From NCBI RefSeq assembly GCF_006345805.1, contig NW_021835590.1:1-26180 (forward strand): a DNA stretch of 26,180 nt. The letters are read 5' to 3'. Source of the DNA: Octopus sinensis (taxonomy: Eukaryota). The notes below the pieces were generated by a model, which was given only the letters and a program-made list of their open reading frames with translations, was not told where the DNA came from and searched no databases. Below, in pieces: positions 24,824-26,180 of this stretch (position 1 is the stretch's first letter; the number at the start of each line of letters is the position of its first letter). The position numbers and the translations under genes were made by a program.

Positions 24824-25376
24824 TATATTCTATATCGTAAATCGGGCAACATATTTGATCTTCTTTGATTTTTCGAAAAATTTTGAACTTTTCTCTACAT
24901 TTTTACTTTGTTTTATTGACTCCGAAAGGTATGTGTGTGTATGGGTGTGTACGTGTAAGTACACACATAGTGTGTATATAAATATATATAATATGTATAT
25001 ATACATATATACACACATACAAATACATTGGGCAGTCAGTGGTTGGACTTCACTACCTCATATGTTCTTAAAATTCAAATCTACATCATTTGTCTGTATA
25101 TCTACCTTCTCTATAATGTTGCCACTTGATTTGCAAACTTTTGTATTAATGGAAAACCTCTATAATTGGCTGATGAGTACTCAGCATCTTAAATCTGTTG
25201 TAATACTTACAACATTTAATAGAATGATGTAGTGCGAAACAATTGTACCAAATTACCGGAGTCATTCTTGTTGCTTATTTTGATTATAATCATCCCACAA
25301 ATTTTTATGGATAACACCATACAAAATTCTGGTACATCTAAATAAGTACCATATTCATTCGAATCTAAATTTTTGC

Positions 25377-25556
<180 letters not shown>

Positions 25557-25559
25557 CTT

Positions 25560-26180
25560 TGATAGGTTTCGGCCATTATTGGCCCAGGCCATGTCTAACT
25601 TTATAGCACCACCTGGTGAAGTCTTTCAAGTCAGAATTTGGGCACTATGGCCCACTCAAGTAGAGAGTTATTGTTTACAGAGACATATCCGGGGGTAGGG
25701 GGTTATCCGGGATTTCTTGAAGGAATCTGTCCAAAGACTTCTTGAACCCTATAGGGTCTGTTGTCTGTTTTAAGTGTTTTGGTGTAATGTTAAAGAGAGG
25801 GGGCCAATTGAGGTGAAATAATGTGCCGTATTGTTGTTTATGAGATGAGAGTGATTTTTGTTGGGGCGGATGGCACGGGGCCCAAGCCTTGAATGTACCT
25901 AAAGGGTGATGCCAACATCATTTAAGCAATGCTGATGGAATATTTTCCACATCATGCAGATGATGTAGCGCTCACGGCGACGTTGGAGAGAATAAAGTTT
26001 TAGCTTTTCTAGTCGACCCCAATAGTCGAGGCCTGTCATGCCATCTATCTTTTTTTGTGTGATGCTCTTTGAGGTGCTTCAACTTTTATGATACTTTGTT
26101 TTGTGTGGGGAGACCACAGTGGACAACAGTATTCAAGGTGGGGTCGGGCAAAAGTGGAGAAGAGAAGGATAATGGTGTGA
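25560..26180 (-). pseudogene. 3' end of a CR1-clade LINE (ORF2 C-terminus and 3' UTR), continuing beyond the window
   Basis: Minus strand: HTIILLFSTFARPHLEYCCPLWSPHTKQSIIKVEAPQR, then after a frameshift IDGMTGLDYWGRLEKLKLYSLQRRRERYIICMMWKIF, and HYFTSIGPPLFNITPKHLKQTTDPIGFKKSLDRFLQEIPDNP. These are typical CR1/L2-group post-RT motifs. A terminal hairpin GGCC-AATAAT-GGCC lies before the microsatellite tail. Confidence 0.9.

Noticed and set aside
25566-25592. Second hammerhead at the CR1 3' end (minus strand GGCC-AATAAT-GGCC-GAAAC)
   Set aside because: No CTGANGA box precedes the stem. It is better explained as the LINE 3'-terminal stem-loop.

Overview
AT-rich, gene-free eukaryotic repeat DNA. 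It is most likely cephalopod (octopus-like), inferred from the extreme microsatellite load and recalled SINE families, not from a search. Bases 1-~13035 are a tandem satellite of about 650 monomers of 20 bp (consensus TGTACATGTTTCACTCAAAT). The array has recurring variant monomers, 14 embedded fold-back (inverted-monomer) palindromes and nested kilobase-scale duplications. The remaining 13 kb is microsatellites plus decayed mobile elements: a non-autonomous Helitron, several SINE remnants, two R4/Dong-type (RLE) LINE fragments, a fold-back mariner derivative and the 3' end of a CR1-type LINE. The most notable object is a 311-bp insertion (23253-23563) with a perfect 12-bp target-site duplication inside the LINE RT. 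It joins a tRNA-derived Pol III head to a minimal Penelope-type hammerhead ribozyme and has an inverted terminal segment. No intact host protein-coding gene is supported. All listed ORFs come from repeats or transposon relics.
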